DNA of 64,000 nucleotides from an uncultured Oscillospiraceae bacterium (GCA_900757655.1 CAAEOT010000026.1:20476-84475), one strand, 5' to 3'. Counted from the first letter of the stretch, positions 19,506-31,822 are shown. Program-made: numbers and translations. Notes: generated by a model from the sequence alone, not told the origin.

Positions 19506-20761
19506 ATGCAGAACTCATTGCCGTCGGAACCGAGCTGCTCCTCGGCGACACCATCAATACCGACGCGGCCGCGGTCGCGCGCCTGCTCTCGGAGCTGGGC
19601 ATCAATGTCTACTGGCAGACCGTCGTCGGCGATAATCGCGCGCGGCTCGAGCAGGCGGTGCAGCTTGCCCGCACGCGCGCCGACCTCATCATCACGACCG
19701 GCGGCCTCGGCCCCACGTGCGACGATCTGACCAAAGAGGTCGTGGCCGGTGCGTTCGGTATCCCGCTCACGCTCAACAGGGCCGAGGAGGACCGCCTGCG
19801 CGGCCTGTACCGTGAGCGCGGCATTTACATGACGGAAAATCATCTGCAGCAGGTCATGCTGCCGCGCGGCTGCACCGTGCTGCAAAACGACTGGGGCACG
19901 GCCCCGGCCTGCGCGTTCGAGGCCGACGGCTGCCTGGTCATCATGCTGCCCGGCCCGCCGCTGGAGTGTGAGCCGTTGCTGCGCTACCGTGTGCGCCCGC
20001 TGCTTGCCGCGCGCGGGGACGGGATCATCGTCTCGCACAGCGTCAAGATCTTCGGCATCGGCGAGGGCACGATGGAATACCAGCTGCGTGATCTCATGAA
20101 CGAGATGCAAAACCCGACGCTGGCGCCCTATGCCAAGGAGGGCGAGTGCCTCGTGCGCGTCACGGCCAAGGCCCCCACGGAGGCCGAGGCTGAGGCCATG
20201 ATCGCCCCGTGCGTGGCGCGCGTGCAGCGCGAGCTCGGCGCCTTTGCCTACGGCGTTGACACGCCGAATATCGAGACGTGTGCGGCCGAGCTCCTGCTCG
20301 TGCAGCACAAGACCATCGCCGTGGCTGACAGCTGCACCGGCGGTCTCCTCGGCGACCTGCTCACGAATGTGCCGGGCGCGTCGGCCGTGTTCTCCGGCGG
20401 CATCATCGCCTATAACGACGAGACCAAGATCCGTCTGCTGGATGTTGACCCCGCGCTCATCGCGCGCTGCGGCGTCGTCAGTCCCGAGGTCGCGGCCGCG
20501 ATGGCCGAGCACGTGCGCGCCGCCTTCGGCACCGACCTCGCGCTGAGCATCACGGGCCTTGCCGGACCGGGCGGCGACGGTGTGCACACCGTCGGCACGC
20601 TCTTCGTGGCCCTCGCCACGCCGGACGGTACGTTCCACCGCACGCTGCACAAGGACAAGTGGGGGCGCGTGCGCATCAAGCACGCGGCGGCCAACCACGC
20701 CTTCGACATGGTGCGGCGCTATCTCACCGGCCTGCCGGTGGAGTTTGAGGAAAACCGCTGA
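19502..20761 (+). CDS. cinA: Competence/damage-inducible protein CinA (MoCF-binding plus nicotinamide-nucleotide amidohydrolase domains)
   Basis: MNAELIAVGTELLLGDTINTDAA.. N-terminal CinA domain and C-terminal PncC-like domain. Start overlaps the thiI stop. Confidence 0.85.
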   Translation: MNAELIAVGTELLLGDTINTDAAAVARLLSELGINVYWQTVVGDNRARLEQAVQLARTRADLIITTGGLGPTCDDLTKEVVAGAFGIPLTLNRAEEDRLRGLYRERGIYMTENHLQQVMLPRGCTVLQNDWGTAPACAFEADGCLVIMLPGPPLECEPLLRYRVRPLLAARGDGIIVSHSVKIFGIGEGTMEYQLRDLMNEMQNPTLAPYAKEGECLVRVTAKAPTEAEAEAMIAPCVARVQRELGAFAYGVDTPNIETCAAELLLVQHKTIAVADSCTGGLLGDLLTNVPGASAVFSGGIIAYNDETKIRLLDVDPALIARCGVVSPEVAAAMAEHVRAAFGTDLALSITGLAGPGGDGVHTVGTLFVALATPDGTFHRTLHKDKWGRVRIKHAAANHAFDMVRRYLTGLPVEFEENR

Positions 20762-20847
20762 CGCCATCATCTGCTTTTTCTGCGGCCGGGGCAGCTGTCC
20801 CGGCCGCGTTGTGACCCATGCATGATTTGAGAAACCGGAGAATGCCT

Positions 20848-22035
20848 ATGAACATCACCGTAGCCGGTGTGGGCTATGTCGGTCTGGCGCAGGCGGTGCT
20901 GCTCGCGCAGCACAACGCCGTCACCGCCGTGACCACGACCCCCGCCAAAGCCGAACAGATCAACCGCGGCGTCTCGCCGATCGCCGACGCCGAGATCACG
21001 GACTTCCTGCGCACAAAACCGCTGACGCTCACGGCGACCGTGGACGCCGAGCGGGCCTACCGCACGGCCGACGTGGTCATCATCGCCACGCCGACGGACT
21101 ATGACCCCGAGCGCAACCTGTTCAACACCTCGACCGTCGAGGCGGTGCTTTCGCTCGTCGGCCGGGTCAACCCCGGCGCGCTCGTGGTCATCAAGTCCAC
21201 GGTGCCGGTCGGCTATACGGAGCGCGTCGTGGGTGCGTTCGGCTGCGCGCGGCTGCTGTTCTCGCCGGAGTTTCTGCGCGAGGGCAGGGCACTGTATGAT
21301 AACCTGCACCCGAGCCGCATCGTGGTCGGCCGCCCGCACGGCGGCACAGCGACGGAGGCGGACGCACGCCTGTTCGCGTCCCTGCTGCAGCAGGGCGCGG
21401 CGGAGCCGGACATCCCCACGCTCTACCCGAACGCGGCGGAGGCCGAGGCCATCAAGCTCTTTGCCAACACGTACCTCGCCGTGCGCGTGAGCTATTTTAA
21501 CGAGCTCGATACCTACTGCGAGCTCCGGGGGCTCGATACGCGCCAGGTCATCGACGGCGTGTGCCTCGATCCCCGCATCGGCGCGCACTATAATAATCCC
21601 TCGTTCGGCTACGGGGGCTACTGCCTGCCGAAGGACACGCGCCAGCTGGTCGCAAACTTCGGCGACATTCCCAACCGCATCATCAGCGCCGCCGTCACGG
21701 CCAATGACGAGCGCAAGGATCACATCGCCCGCCAGATTTTGAAGAAGGCGGCGGGCGGCGTCATCGGCGTGTACCGCCTGACGATGAAGGCTGACTCCGA
21801 CAACTTCCGCGAGTCGAGCATTCGCGGCGTCATCGAGCGGCTGCGCCGCGCGGGCGCGAGCGTCGTCATCTATGAGCCGACACTCAGGGACGCCTCCTTC
21901 GCCGGTCTGCCGGTGATCGCGTCGCTCGCGGAGTTCAAGCGCATGTCGGCCGTTATTGTTGCTAACCGCGCCGAGCCCGCGCTCGACGATGTGTGGCCGC
22001 GGGTCTACACCCGCGACCTCTACCGCAGAGACTGA
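20848..22035 (+). CDS. ugd: UDP-glucose 6-dehydrogenase
   Basis: [13 protein letters not shown] Rossmann N-terminus. UDPG/MGDP dehydrogenase catalytic region [10 protein letters not shown]. Confidence 0.85.
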   Translation: MNITVAGVGYVGLAQAVLLAQHNAVTAVTTTPAKAEQINRGVSPIADAEITDFLRTKPLTLTATVDAERAYRTADVVIIATPTDYDPERNLFNTSTVEAVLSLVGRVNPGALVVIKSTVPVGYTERVVGAFGCARLLFSPEFLREGRALYDNLHPSRIVVGRPHGGTATEADARLFASLLQQGAAEPDIPTLYPNAAEAEAIKLFANTYLAVRVSYFNELDTYCELRGLDTRQVIDGVCLDPRIGAHYNNPSFGYGGYCLPKDTRQLVANFGDIPNRIISAAVTANDERKDHIARQILKKAAGGVIGVYRLTMKADSDNFRESSIRGVIERLRRAGASVVIYEPTLRDASFAGLPVIASLAEFKRMSAVIVANRAEPALDDVWPRVYTRDLYRRD

Positions 22036-22049
22036 AGGGAGGCAGCACG

Positions 22050-22952
22050 ATGAAAGGCATCATCCTCGCCGGGGGCTCCGGCACGCGGCTGTATCCGCTC
22101 ACGCGGGTCACGTCCAAGCAGCTGCTGCCCGTGTATGACAAGCCCATGATCTACTACCCGCTCTCGACGCTCATGCTCGCGGGCATCCGGGACATTCTCA
22201 TCATCTCCACGCCGGACGATACGCCGCGCTTTGAGCGCCTGCTCGGCGACGGCAGCCAGTTCGGCATCCGGCTGTCCTACGCGGTGCAGCCGCACCCGGA
22301 TGGTCTTGCGCAGGCGTTTCTGATCGGGGCGGACTTCATCGGCAGTGATACCTGCGCCATGGTCCTCGGCGACAATATTTTCTACGGCAGCTGGTTTCGC
22401 CGCAACCTGCTGGAGGCGGTCGAAAACGCCGAGGCGGGCTATGCCACGATTTTCGGCTACCACGTCAAGGATCCGGAGCGCTTCGGCGTCGTGGAGTTCG
22501 ATCAGGACAGGCGTGTACTGTCCGTTGAGGAAAAGCCAAAGCACCCGCGCTCGAACTACTGCGTCACGGGCCTGTATTTTTACGACAATCGCGTGGTGGA
22601 AAAGGCGCGGCAGGTGCGGCCGTCCGCGCGCGGAGAGCTGGAGATCACGGACCTCAACCGGCTCTATCTGGACGAGGACCGGCTGAAGGTGCAGCTGCTC
22701 GGCCGCGGTTTTGCCTGGCTCGACACCGGCACGGTCGAGAGCCTTATGGACGCGGCGGTCTTTGTCCAGACGGTGCAGAACCGGCAGGATGTGATCATTT
22801 CCGCGCCGGAAGAGGTAGCCTATCACATGGGCTGGCTCACAAAGGCGCAGCTGCTGGCCGCAGCCGCGCAGTATGACCATTCGCCCTATGGCACGCATCT
22901 GCGCGCGGTCGCAGAGGACAAACTTGTGTTTGAGAGGGAGCTGCATGACTAG
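22050..22952 (+). CDS. rfbA: Glucose-1-phosphate thymidylyltransferase
   Basis: [18 protein letters not shown].. canonical RmlA N-terminus. Confidence 0.9.
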   Translation: MKGIILAGGSGTRLYPLTRVTSKQLLPVYDKPMIYYPLSTLMLAGIRDILIISTPDDTPRFERLLGDGSQFGIRLSYAVQPHPDGLAQAFLIGADFIGSDTCAMVLGDNIFYGSWFRRNLLEAVENAEAGYATIFGYHVKDPERFGVVEFDQDRRVLSVEEKPKHPRSNYCVTGLYFYDNRVVEKARQVRPSARGELEITDLNRLYLDEDRLKVQLLGRGFAWLDTGTVESLMDAAVFVQTVQNRQDVIISAPEEVAYHMGWLTKAQLLAAAAQYDHSPYGTHLRAVAEDKLVFERELHD

Positions 22953-23973
22953 ATTCGTCACCGGCGGCGCCGGCTTCATCGGCGCAAACTACCTGTTTTA
23001 TCTGCGTGCGCACTACCCGGACGACCGGCTCGTGTGCATCGACAAGCTCACCTATGCCGGCAATCTCTCCACGCTCGCGCCGCTGCTCGGGCAGCCGAAC
23101 TTCCGCTTTGCCCGGGTGGACATCTGCGACCGCGAGGCGGTTTACGGTCTGTTTGAGGACGAGCGGCCCGATGTAGTCGTGAACTTCGCGGCCGAGAGCC
23201 ACGTGGACCGCTCGATCGCCGACCCGTCGCTGTTTCTGCAGACGAATATTATCGGCACGTCCGTGCTCATGGACGCCTGCCGCAAATACGGCAATGTGCG
23301 CTTTCATCAGGTCTCGACCGACGAGGTCTACGGCGACCTGCCGCTCGACCGGCCGGACCTGCTGTTCACCGAGCAGACGCCGCTGCACACCAGCTCACCC
23401 TACAGCAGCTCCAAGGCCGCGGCCGACCTGCTGGCGGGGGCATACTGCCGCACGTACGGCCTGCCGGTCACGATCTCGCGCTGCTCGAACAATTACGGGC
23501 CGTATCAGTTCCCGGAAAAGCTCATCCCGCTCATGATCCTCAATGCCCTCGCAGACCGCCCGCTGCCGGTCTACGGCCGGGGGCTGAACGTGCGCGACTG
23601 GCTGTATGTCGGCGACCACTGCCGGGCCATCGACCTCGTGGTCAACCACGGCCGCATCGGCGAGGTGTACAATATCGGCGGCCACAACGAGATGCGCAAC
23701 ATCGACATCGTGCGCCTGATCTGCCGCAAGCTCGGCAAGCCCGAGAGCCTCATTACCTACGTCGCCGACCGACAGGGGCACGACCTGCGCTACGCCATCG
23801 ACCCCGCGAAGATTCACGCCGAGCTCGGCTGGCTGCCGGAGACGCGCTTTGCCGACGGCATCGGCAAAACGATCGACTGGTATCTCGCCAACCGCCCCTG
23901 GTGGGAGGAGATCGTCTCCGGCGAATATCAGACTTACTACGCGCGCATGTACGGCGACCGCCCCATGGCGTGA
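22945..23973 (+). CDS. rfbB: dTDP-glucose 4,6-dehydratase
   Basis: [16 protein letters not shown].. SDR-extended Rossmann fold and the YSSSKAA catalytic motif. 8-nt overlap with rfbA. Confidence 0.9.
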   Translation: MTRFVTGGAGFIGANYLFYLRAHYPDDRLVCIDKLTYAGNLSTLAPLLGQPNFRFARVDICDREAVYGLFEDERPDVVVNFAAESHVDRSIADPSLFLQTNIIGTSVLMDACRKYGNVRFHQVSTDEVYGDLPLDRPDLLFTEQTPLHTSSPYSSSKAAADLLAGAYCRTYGLPVTISRCSNNYGPYQFPEKLIPLMILNALADRPLPVYGRGLNVRDWLYVGDHCRAIDLVVNHGRIGEVYNIGGHNEMRNIDIVRLICRKLGKPESLITYVADRQGHDLRYAIDPAKIHAELGWLPETRFADGIGKTIDWYLANRPWWEEIVSGEYQTYYARMYGDRPMA

Positions 23974-23982
23974 GCACAGAAA

Positions 23983-24030
23983 TCAAAAACCGCAGGCCCC
24001 GGAGTATGCTCCGGGGCCTGCGGTTTTATG
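23983..24030. terminator. Bidirectional intrinsic terminator between convergent rfbB and the GNAT gene
   Basis: AAAAACCGCAGGCCCCGGAG-TATG-CTCCGGGGCCTGCGGTTTT. Confidence 0.7.
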
Positions 24031-24044
24031 ATATGTGCCTGCCG

Positions 24045-24605
24045 TTACGGCTCTGCGCCCAGCCACTTTTCCAGACACACGAGCGCCACGCCGTCGATGC
24101 CGTTGAACGTGCACGGCGCGACCCCGGCCTCGCGGTAGCCGAGATAGGCGTAGAGCCGGCGGGCGTTGGCGTTTTTCGCGTTCGTGTCGATGCGCAGCTC
24201 CGGGCAGCCGAGCGCGCGGGCGCGCTGCTCGTAAAAGCGCACGAACTGCGTCCCGCAGCCATGCCCGGCCACCGCCGGGTCGACGACGAGCGTGTGCAGC
24301 ACGAGCACCTGCTCCGGCGGCACGTCATGCGCCCACGGCATCTCGGCATACACCGGCACCTGCTCGCGGTTGATGCGCCCGGCGGCATAGACGGTGCCGC
24401 CGTCGGCGAGCACGAACAGATCCCCGGCATCCAGCCCGGCCTGCGCGGTCGCGCGCGTGGGGTACACGCCGCGCACCCAGCCGATGCTGACTTTCCCGGC
24501 CTCCTCGGCTGTGTGGATCGTGTCATAGATCTCCTCGATGCGCGCAAGGTCGTGCGCAGCTGCGGGTCGGATAGTCGCCATCGGTCTTTCCTCCTGTGTG
24601 ATCAT
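24045..24605 (-). CDS. GNAT-family N-acetyltransferase
   Basis: Acetyl-CoA binding motif (..VVDPAVAGHGCGTQFV..). The ATG at 24605 overlaps the upstream stop (ATGA), and an alternative ATG at 24581 also has an RBS. Confidence 0.7.
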   Translation of the reverse strand: MITQEERPMATIRPAAAHDLARIEEIYDTIHTAEEAGKVSIGWVRGVYPTRATAQAGLDAGDLFVLADGGTVYAAGRINREQVPVYAEMPWAHDVPPEQVLVLHTLVVDPAVAGHGCGTQFVRFYEQRARALGCPELRIDTNAKNANARRLYAYLGYREAGVAPCTFNGIDGVALVCLEKWLGAEP

Positions 24606-25819
24606 CCAAAGATGCCCTCCGGGATCAGCGCGGCGAGCGCCCGCTGCCCGGCCGGCGTGTGGTGCACGCCGTCGGTCGTGTAGGCCGGGATGAGCGCGTC
24701 CGGGTCGTCGGGGTCTGCCAGCGCATCCAGCGGGATATAGCCGTCGGCGGGGCAGTCCGCGCTCTGGAACCAGGCGTTGAGCTCCAGCCGCAGCGCGTCA
24801 TACTCCGGCGACCACTGAATGTCGTCCCCGCGGCCGAAGAGGTTGCGCGTGTAACCCTTCCACGGCGTGAGCTCGCAAAACCAGATGCGCACGCCCTGCG
24901 CGTGCGCCATGTCGGCGAGCGCGCGGTAGCCCGCCGTCATCTGCGCAAACGTGACCGGAGTCAGCAGCCCCTGCTTGCTCCGGCAGTGCGGGTGGATGAG
25001 ATCATTGGCCCCCAGCTTGACGAGCACCATGTCCGCGCCCGCCTGACCGAGCACGTCGCGCCCGAAGCGCTTCACGCCCGCGCCGCCGAGCAGCTTGGCC
25101 GCACGGCCGACGCCGTCGGCCACCAGCCGGTCGCCCTTGATGGCGGCCTGCGTCACGCTCACATTCCCGATGCCGTCTGCGCGCAGGCGCGCAGCCAGCA
25201 GGCGCGGCAGCTCGTTTGCCACGGTCGAGTCGCCGAAGATGACGCACGCGTGCGTCCCGGCCGCGGCCAGCACGTCGACCTCCGTGAGCGCGGGGATGAC
25301 CTCATACGCGCCGGAATCCGCTGTGTGCTGCATCGGCACGGCCATGTGCAGCATGGGCCGGCGCGTGCAGTTGCCGAGCTCGGCGTGGCTGCACCCGCCG
25401 ATGAGCCCGATCGTGCGCATGGCGTTGATGCCGCGGTAAAAGACCGTCACGGTCAGCGTCTGTCCGGCGGTGACCGGCAGCGCGGCCGCGTCGGACGTGC
25501 AGCTTGCCCCGGCGCCGATGCGCACGTGCGTCTGCCCGCCGAAGGTCACGGTGCGCAGCGTGGCCGGGTCGATGCCGCGCGCATCGTCCGCGCCGAGGGC
25601 GACGGTGCAGGCGGCGACGTGCAGCGGCAGCACGCCGAAGATGTTCGAGAGCGTCAGCCGCACGTGCGTGCCGCCGGCCGTGAGCTGCACGGCCGTGCGC
25701 GCGGACACGTCCGATACGGCGACGCCGAGCCGGTCGAGCACACCGGCCTCGGACAGGCTCGCGTCGATGGGGCTGGTGCTCCACGCACTGACCCAGCGGC
25801 GATCGGAAAGAGATTCCAT
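24602..25819 (-). CDS. SGNH/GDSL hydrolase-family protein with N-terminal beta-rich domain
   Basis: GDSL block VIFGDSTV and C-terminal DGVHHT catalytic His block. Confidence 0.7.
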   Translation of the reverse strand: MESLSDRRWVSAWSTSPIDASLSEAGVLDRLGVAVSDVSARTAVQLTAGGTHVRLTLSNIFGVLPLHVAACTVALGADDARGIDPATLRTVTFGGQTHVRIGAGASCTSDAAALPVTAGQTLTVTVFYRGINAMRTIGLIGGCSHAELGNCTRRPMLHMAVPMQHTADSGAYEVIPALTEVDVLAAAGTHACVIFGDSTVANELPRLLAARLRADGIGNVSVTQAAIKGDRLVADGVGRAAKLLGGAGVKRFGRDVLGQAGADMVLVKLGANDLIHPHCRSKQGLLTPVTFAQMTAGYRALADMAHAQGVRIWFCELTPWKGYTRNLFGRGDDIQWSPEYDALRLELNAWFQSADCPADGYIPLDALADPDDPDALIPAYTTDGVHHTPAGQRALAALIPEGIFG

Positions 25820-25895
25820 GGATCGGACACCTCCCGGAAAAATTCAGAGTGTTTACAAGGTAATGCATCCCGCCCGAAAAGTCAAGCGGCGCGAA

Positions 25896-25930
25896 AACGA
25901 AAACCGGCAGAGCGTCCCGCTCTGCCGGTC
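25896..25930 (-). terminator. Intrinsic terminator downstream of lepA and the 83-aa ORF (minus strand)
   Basis: CCGGCAGAGCG-TCCC-GCTCTGCCGG followed on the minus strand by TTTTCGTTTTCG. Confidence 0.55.
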
Positions 25931-25946
25931 CTTGCGTCCGGAATGC

Positions 25947-26198
25947 TCAGCCGTGCAGGCCGTTTTCCTGGCGCTCCATGTTTTCGATGACGACGTCGTG
26001 AATGTCGCCCAGGCCCGCGCAGTATTCGAGCACCTTCCAGGGCGTGTTCGTGTGGAAGTGGATCTTGATGAGGTCCTCATCGCCGACGGCCAGCAGACAG
26101 TCGCCCGCGATGTTCTGCTGGATATAGTCATGAATGGCGTCCTCGTCGAGGCCGTGTCCTTCGATGAGCAGCTGGGTGTCAAAACGGAATTCGAGCAT
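25947..26198 (-). CDS. Hypothetical 83-aa protein immediately downstream of lepA
   Basis: Strong RBS TTAAGGAGGacaaaaacATG. Acidic protein MLEFRFDTQLLIEGHGLDEDAIHDY..IKIHFHTNTPWKVLEY.. The family is not recognised with confidence. Confidence 0.45.
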   Translation of the reverse strand: MLEFRFDTQLLIEGHGLDEDAIHDYIQQNIAGDCLLAVGDEDLIKIHFHTNTPWKVLEYCAGLGDIHDVVIENMERQENGLHG

Positions 26199-26212
26199 GG
26201 TTTTTGTCCTCC

Positions 26213-28011
<1,799 letters not shown>

Positions 28012-28015
<4 letters not shown>

Positions 28016-28323
28016 AGGGCAATCTCCTCCAGTGCGGCCCCGGCGCGGTCGGCGGCGGTGCGCACGTCCTGCACGAGCACGCGCAGCGCCTCAAGCTGTT
28101 CGGGCGTGCACGTCGGGCTCGGCGCCCGGCCGAGCAGAAAGTCCGCGCTCACGCCGTAGTAATCGCATGCCCGGCACACGAACGCCAGCCCCGGCTCGCG
28201 CGCGCCGTTTTCGTAGTGGGACAGCAGCGCCTGGCTGATCTTCAGATCGGCCGCGACCTTGCGCTGGGACAGCCCGCGCGCGTGGCGCAGCTCCGACATG
28301 ACGGCAGCAAAATTGCGTTCCAT
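28012..28323 (-). CDS. XRE-family helix-turn-helix transcriptional regulator, translationally coupled upstream of lepA
   Basis: HTH_3-like [27 protein letters not shown]. The stop overlaps the lepA ATG (ATGA). Confidence 0.7.
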
Positions 28324-28417
28324 GCCGCACCTCCTGTAACATTCATGATAACGGACTGTATTTTACCACGCCCGCGCCCAAACGGCAACAACCTCTTTAT
28401 AAAATCGCGCGCAAGAC

Positions 28418-28446
28418 TTGAAAAACGTCGAACGGGGTGTTACACT
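28418..28446 (+). promoter_or_regulatory. sigma-70-like promoter for pta (TTGAAA-17-TACACT)
   Basis: TTGAAA at 28418-28423, a 17-nt spacer, TACACT at 28441-28446. Confidence 0.45.
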
Positions 28447-28508
28447 ATTTACTTGTGAAACCATGTTCACAGCAAACAGAAAATAGAAATATATTGGAGG
28501 AAAACACC

Positions 28509-29510
28509 ATGTTCGAAAATCTGGTTGAAGTTCTCAAAGCCAATCCGCGCAAGATCGTTTACACCGAGGGCACCGACGCCCGCATCCTCGAGTCCGCTGC
28601 CCGCCTGAAGCAGGGCGGCTTCCTGACGCCGATCCTTGTCGGCAATGTCGATGACGTGAAGGCGGCGGCCAAGGCCGGCAACTTCGACATCGAGGGTCTC
28701 GAGATCATCGACCCCGCCAACTACGACAAGATGGACGAGATGGCTCAGTGCATGTTTGACCTGCGCAAGGGCAAAATGACCATGGAAGAAGTCCGCGCCA
28801 ACCTCCAGAAGGGCAACTACTTTGGCACCATGCTCGTGAAGATGGGCGTGGCCGATGCCCTGCTCGGCGGCGCGACCTACTCCACCGCGGACACCGTCCG
28901 TCCGGCGCTGCAGCTCATCAAGACCAAGAAGGGCGCCCACCTCGTGAGCTCCTGCTTCATCATGGTCCGCGGCGACGAGATGCTCGCCATGGGCGACTGC
29001 GCCATCAACATCGACTATCAGGATACCGTCGACAAGGCCACCGGTGAGGTCACGTTCTCTGCCGCGCAGAAGCTGGCCGAGGTCGCCATCGAGACCGCCA
29101 AGACCGCCGAGACCTTCGGCATCGACCCGAAGGTCGCCATGCTGAGCTTCTCCACCAAGGGCTCCGGCAAGGGCGGCACGGTCGCGCTCAGCCACGACGC
29201 TACGGCTATTGCCAAGGAGCTCGCGCCCGAGCTGAAGCTCGACGGCGAGATGCAGTTCGATGCGGCCGTTTCCCCGGTCGTCGGCCAGCTGAAGTTCCCC
29301 GGCTCCCCGGTCGCGGGCCATGCCAACACCTTCATCTTCCCGTGCATCGAGGCCGGCAACATCGGCTATAAGATCGCGCAGCGTCTCGGCGGCTTTGCGG
29401 CCTACGGCCCGATCCTGCAGGGCCTGAACGCGCCGATCAACGACCTGTCCCGTGGCTGCGACGCCGAGGAAGTCTACCAGATGTCCATCATCACGGCGGC
29501 TCTGGCGTAA
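28509..29510 (+). CDS. pta: Phosphate acetyltransferase
   Basis: ORF 28437.. trimmed to MFENLVEVLKANPRKIVYTEGTDARIL.. (GGAGGA RBS). PTA_PTB fold, 333 aa. Confidence 0.9.
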   Translation: MFENLVEVLKANPRKIVYTEGTDARILESAARLKQGGFLTPILVGNVDDVKAAAKAGNFDIEGLEIIDPANYDKMDEMAQCMFDLRKGKMTMEEVRANLQKGNYFGTMLVKMGVADALLGGATYSTADTVRPALQLIKTKKGAHLVSSCFIMVRGDEMLAMGDCAINIDYQDTVDKATGEVTFSAAQKLAEVAIETAKTAETFGIDPKVAMLSFSTKGSGKGGTVALSHDATAIAKELAPELKLDGEMQFDAAVSPVVGQLKFPGSPVAGHANTFIFPCIEAGNIGYKIAQRLGGFAAYGPILQGLNAPINDLSRGCDAEEVYQMSIITAALA

Positions 29511-29535
29511 TCGGATTTTCGTCCAAATATTGTTT

Positions 29536-29568
29536 CCGGCGCTGTTATCACAACAGCGCCGGTTTTTT
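29536..29568 (+). terminator. Intrinsic terminator after pta
   Basis: CCGGCGCTGTTATCACAACAGCGCCGGTTTTTT. Confidence 0.7.
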
Positions 29569-29585
29569 GAAAGGGGAGAGCGCCG

Positions 29586-30035
29586 GTGGAGCGCGAGGAG
29601 TATATGCGCGCGGCGCTCGGGCTCGCGCGCGAGGCGGCGGCGGACGGCGAGGTGCCGGTCGGCTGCGTGATCGCCGACAGCGCGGGGCAGATCATCGGCC
29701 GCGGCCGCAACCGCCGCGAGCGGACGCACCGGGCCGACGCCCACGCCGAGATGGAGGCCATCGCGCAGGCGTGTCAGGCGCGCGGCACATGGCGGCTCGA
29801 CGGCTGTACGCTTTATGTCACACTCGAGCCGTGTCCCATGTGCGCCGGGGCGATCATCAATGCCCGCGTGCCGGCCGTTGTCTATGGCGCGAAAGAGCCG
29901 AACTTCGGCTCCTGCGGCAGCGTGCTCAACCTCTTTGAGGAGCGCTATGGCCACCACCCCGCCATCTACGGCGGCGTGCTGGCGGAGGACTGCGCGGCCG
30001 CGCTGCGCGCGTTTTTTGGCGGCCTGCGCGGATAA
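29586..30035 (+). CDS. tadA: tRNA adenosine(34) deaminase
   Basis: CMP/dCMP deaminase zinc motifs HAEMEAI and PCPMCAGA. GTG start at 29586 (alternative ATG at 29604). Confidence 0.85.
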   Translation: MEREEYMRAALGLAREAAADGEVPVGCVIADSAGQIIGRGRNRRERTHRADAHAEMEAIAQACQARGTWRLDGCTLYVTLEPCPMCAGAIINARVPAVVYGAKEPNFGSCGSVLNLFEERYGHHPAIYGGVLAEDCAAALRAFFGGLRG

Positions 30036-30075
30036 AAAAACATGCGTCCCGAACGATCGGGACGCATGTTTTTTA
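30036..30075. terminator. Bidirectional terminator between tadA and the GT8 gene
   Basis: AAAAAACATGCGTCCCGAACGATCGGGACGCATGTTTTTT. Confidence 0.7.
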
Positions 30076-30876
30076 TTTCTGAATCTCTTCCATCAGCTCG
30101 TGATAAAACACGTCGAGCACACCGACATAGTGCGGCTTCCACGGCTTGAGCCGGCCGCAGTAGTGGATGATGACCGTGTGCGCGCGCACCCAGTCGAGAT
30201 CGACCGGGGCGTTTCGCAGCTCCGCGTTGTGCAGCGCGAGGATGCGGTCGCTGAGGTTATAGACCATGCTGTCGAGCAGATGCACCCGGTCGCCGTAGAG
30301 CGCGGTGAGAATGTCCTGATCCGGCAGCAGGAATACGTCCTGCTTTTCGTCGGCGAACGCGCGCACGCGCTCCATGTCCAGATCGGCCCGCAGGGCGGGG
30401 AGGTTATACAGCAGCACGCCGGTGTTGATGTACGGCGCCGCCTCGTCCATGCCCAGACGCGCGGCGTTGAGTTTTTCGAGCAGCTTGCGCGTGTGCGTGC
30501 AGGCCATGAAATACGCATCGCCGAACGGCGTCGTGTACAGCGTCGTCAGGTGGTTAATGATGATGGTGTCCGCGTCGAGGTAGAGGATGCGCTCGAGCGT
30601 GTCCGGCAGCAGCAGGGGCGCCGCGATGCGGTAGTAGATCTGGCGCGGGTAGCGCTTCGACTCCGGAAAACCGTCAAACATCGCGGGGTCGACGAACACA
30701 AAGTGCAGCCCGACCTCGGGCAGCGCCGCGCGCACGCGCTCCTCATCGCCGTCCGTGAGGTCGGAGTGCAGGATGAACACCTCGTAGTGGCTCGCGCCGC
30801 CGTGCAGCAGCACGCTGCGCATACAGTTTAGAAACGTAGGGATGTAGCCCCCGTTGATCGCGAAGAGCAGGTTCAT
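30073..30876 (-). CDS. Glycosyltransferase family 8 protein (LPS glucosyltransferase / GspA-like)
   Basis: Trimmed to the ATG at 30876 (AAGGAGG RBS). GT8 motifs YLDADTIII (DxD) and HYCGRLKPW. Confidence 0.75.
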   Translation of the reverse strand: MNLLFAINGGYIPTFLNCMRSVLLHGGASHYEVFILHSDLTDGDEERVRAALPEVGLHFVFVDPAMFDGFPESKRYPRQIYYRIAAPLLLPDTLERILYLDADTIIINHLTTLYTTPFGDAYFMACTHTRKLLEKLNAARLGMDEAAPYINTGVLLYNLPALRADLDMERVRAFADEKQDVFLLPDQDILTALYGDRVHLLDSMVYNLSDRILALHNAELRNAPVDLDWVRAHTVIIHYCGRLKPWKPHYVGVLDVFYHELMEEIQK

Positions 30877-30899
30877 AGCGGTACCTCCTTGAAATGGCA

Positions 30900-30931
30900 C
30901 ACGCGGGCGCTGCGTTGGCAGCGCCCGCGTG
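30900..30931. other. 14-bp perfect GC hairpin between the PRTase and GT8 genes
   Basis: CACGCGGGCGCTGC-GTTG-GCAGCGCCCGCGTG, immediately upstream of the GT8 RBS on the minus strand. Confidence 0.5.
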
Positions 30932-30947
30932 TTCTGTGCGTTCCGGA

Positions 30948-31502
30948 TTACGCTTTCGGCGTGCCGTCGGGGTTGAACAGCGGCAGCTTGCCGAGCACCG
31001 TGATGTCGGGGCGGTCGTTGGCGTCGCCCTCGGCGAGCACGGCCATCTTGCCGACGATGATGCCGCCGGCCTCGTTGACGAGCTCCTCCATCGCGCGCAG
31101 CGACTCGCCGGTCGAGATCACGTCGTCCACGATGACGATGCGCTTGCCGTGGATCAGCTCCGCGTCCGTCTGGTCGAGCACGAGCGTCTGCACGCCCTGC
31201 GTCGTGATGGACTTGACGTGCACCTGGAACACGCTGCTCATGTAGGCCTTGGCCTTCTTGCGGGCGACGAAGTATTTGTCCGCGCCGCTCTGGCGGGCCA
31301 TTTCATACACCAGCGGGATGGCTTTCGCTTCGGGTGCGATCAGATAGTCATATTCCGGCGTCAGCTTGAGCAGTTCGGCCGCGCAGTGCACGGTCAGCTC
31401 CACATCGCCAAACATGACGAACGCGCCGATGTACAGGTCATCGGAGACCTTGCACAGGGGCAGATCGCGCTTTAGCCCGGCGATATCCATCTCATATGTC
31501 AT
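30948..31502 (-). CDS. Phosphoribosyltransferase (type I PRT fold; adenine/xanthine PRT-like)
   Basis: PRPP-binding motif IVIVDDVISTGESL. Confidence 0.65.
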   Translation of the reverse strand: MTYEMDIAGLKRDLPLCKVSDDLYIGAFVMFGDVELTVHCAAELLKLTPEYDYLIAPEAKAIPLVYEMARQSGADKYFVARKKAKAYMSSVFQVHVKSITTQGVQTLVLDQTDAELIHGKRIVIVDDVISTGESLRAMEELVNEAGGIIVGKMAVLAEGDANDRPDITVLGKLPLFNPDGTPKA

Positions 31503-31793
31503 TTGAAATTCCTCCTAAATAAAATAACAGGGTAACAAAAGCATTATACATGATTGCCGGAAAAATGCAAGACTCCCGACGGCAAAAGATGTCTTTGTGT
31601 ATGTGTCATATGGACGAATGTGCTTCGAATATATTTCAGTAAAGTCACCCATTCGAAAACAGAATATCAAAAATTTGGGAGTTGCCATTTTGCTAACGCC
31701 GTCAGATTATCTAAAAAGTGGTCACGTTCGGCTGGCACAATCTATGGCATCGTCTAAAATGAACAGTTTATGAACAAAATTGCCGGAAAACAG

Positions 31794-31822
31794 TTGCGAA
31801 TTTTGTGTTTTTAGTGTAAATT
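31794..31822 (+). promoter_or_regulatory. sigma-70-like promoter for the SNF transporter (TTGCGA-17-TAAATT) with a ~120-nt leader
   Basis: TTGCGA at 31794-31799, a 17-nt spacer, TAAATT at 31817-31822. Confidence 0.4.

Noticed and set aside
20785-20812. 9-bp GC hairpin GCGGCCGGG-GCAGCTGT-CCCGGCCGC between cinA and ugd as a terminator
   Set aside because: There is no U-tract on either strand after the stem. It is more likely an mRNA stability or processing element, or fortuitous given the GC content.
25302-25868. 188-aa minus-strand ORF (Arg/His-rich) inside the GDSL hydrolase gene
   Set aside because: It is in an alternative frame of the well-supported GDSL/SGNH gene. Its composition is repetitive (RRHRRP..) and it has no RBS.
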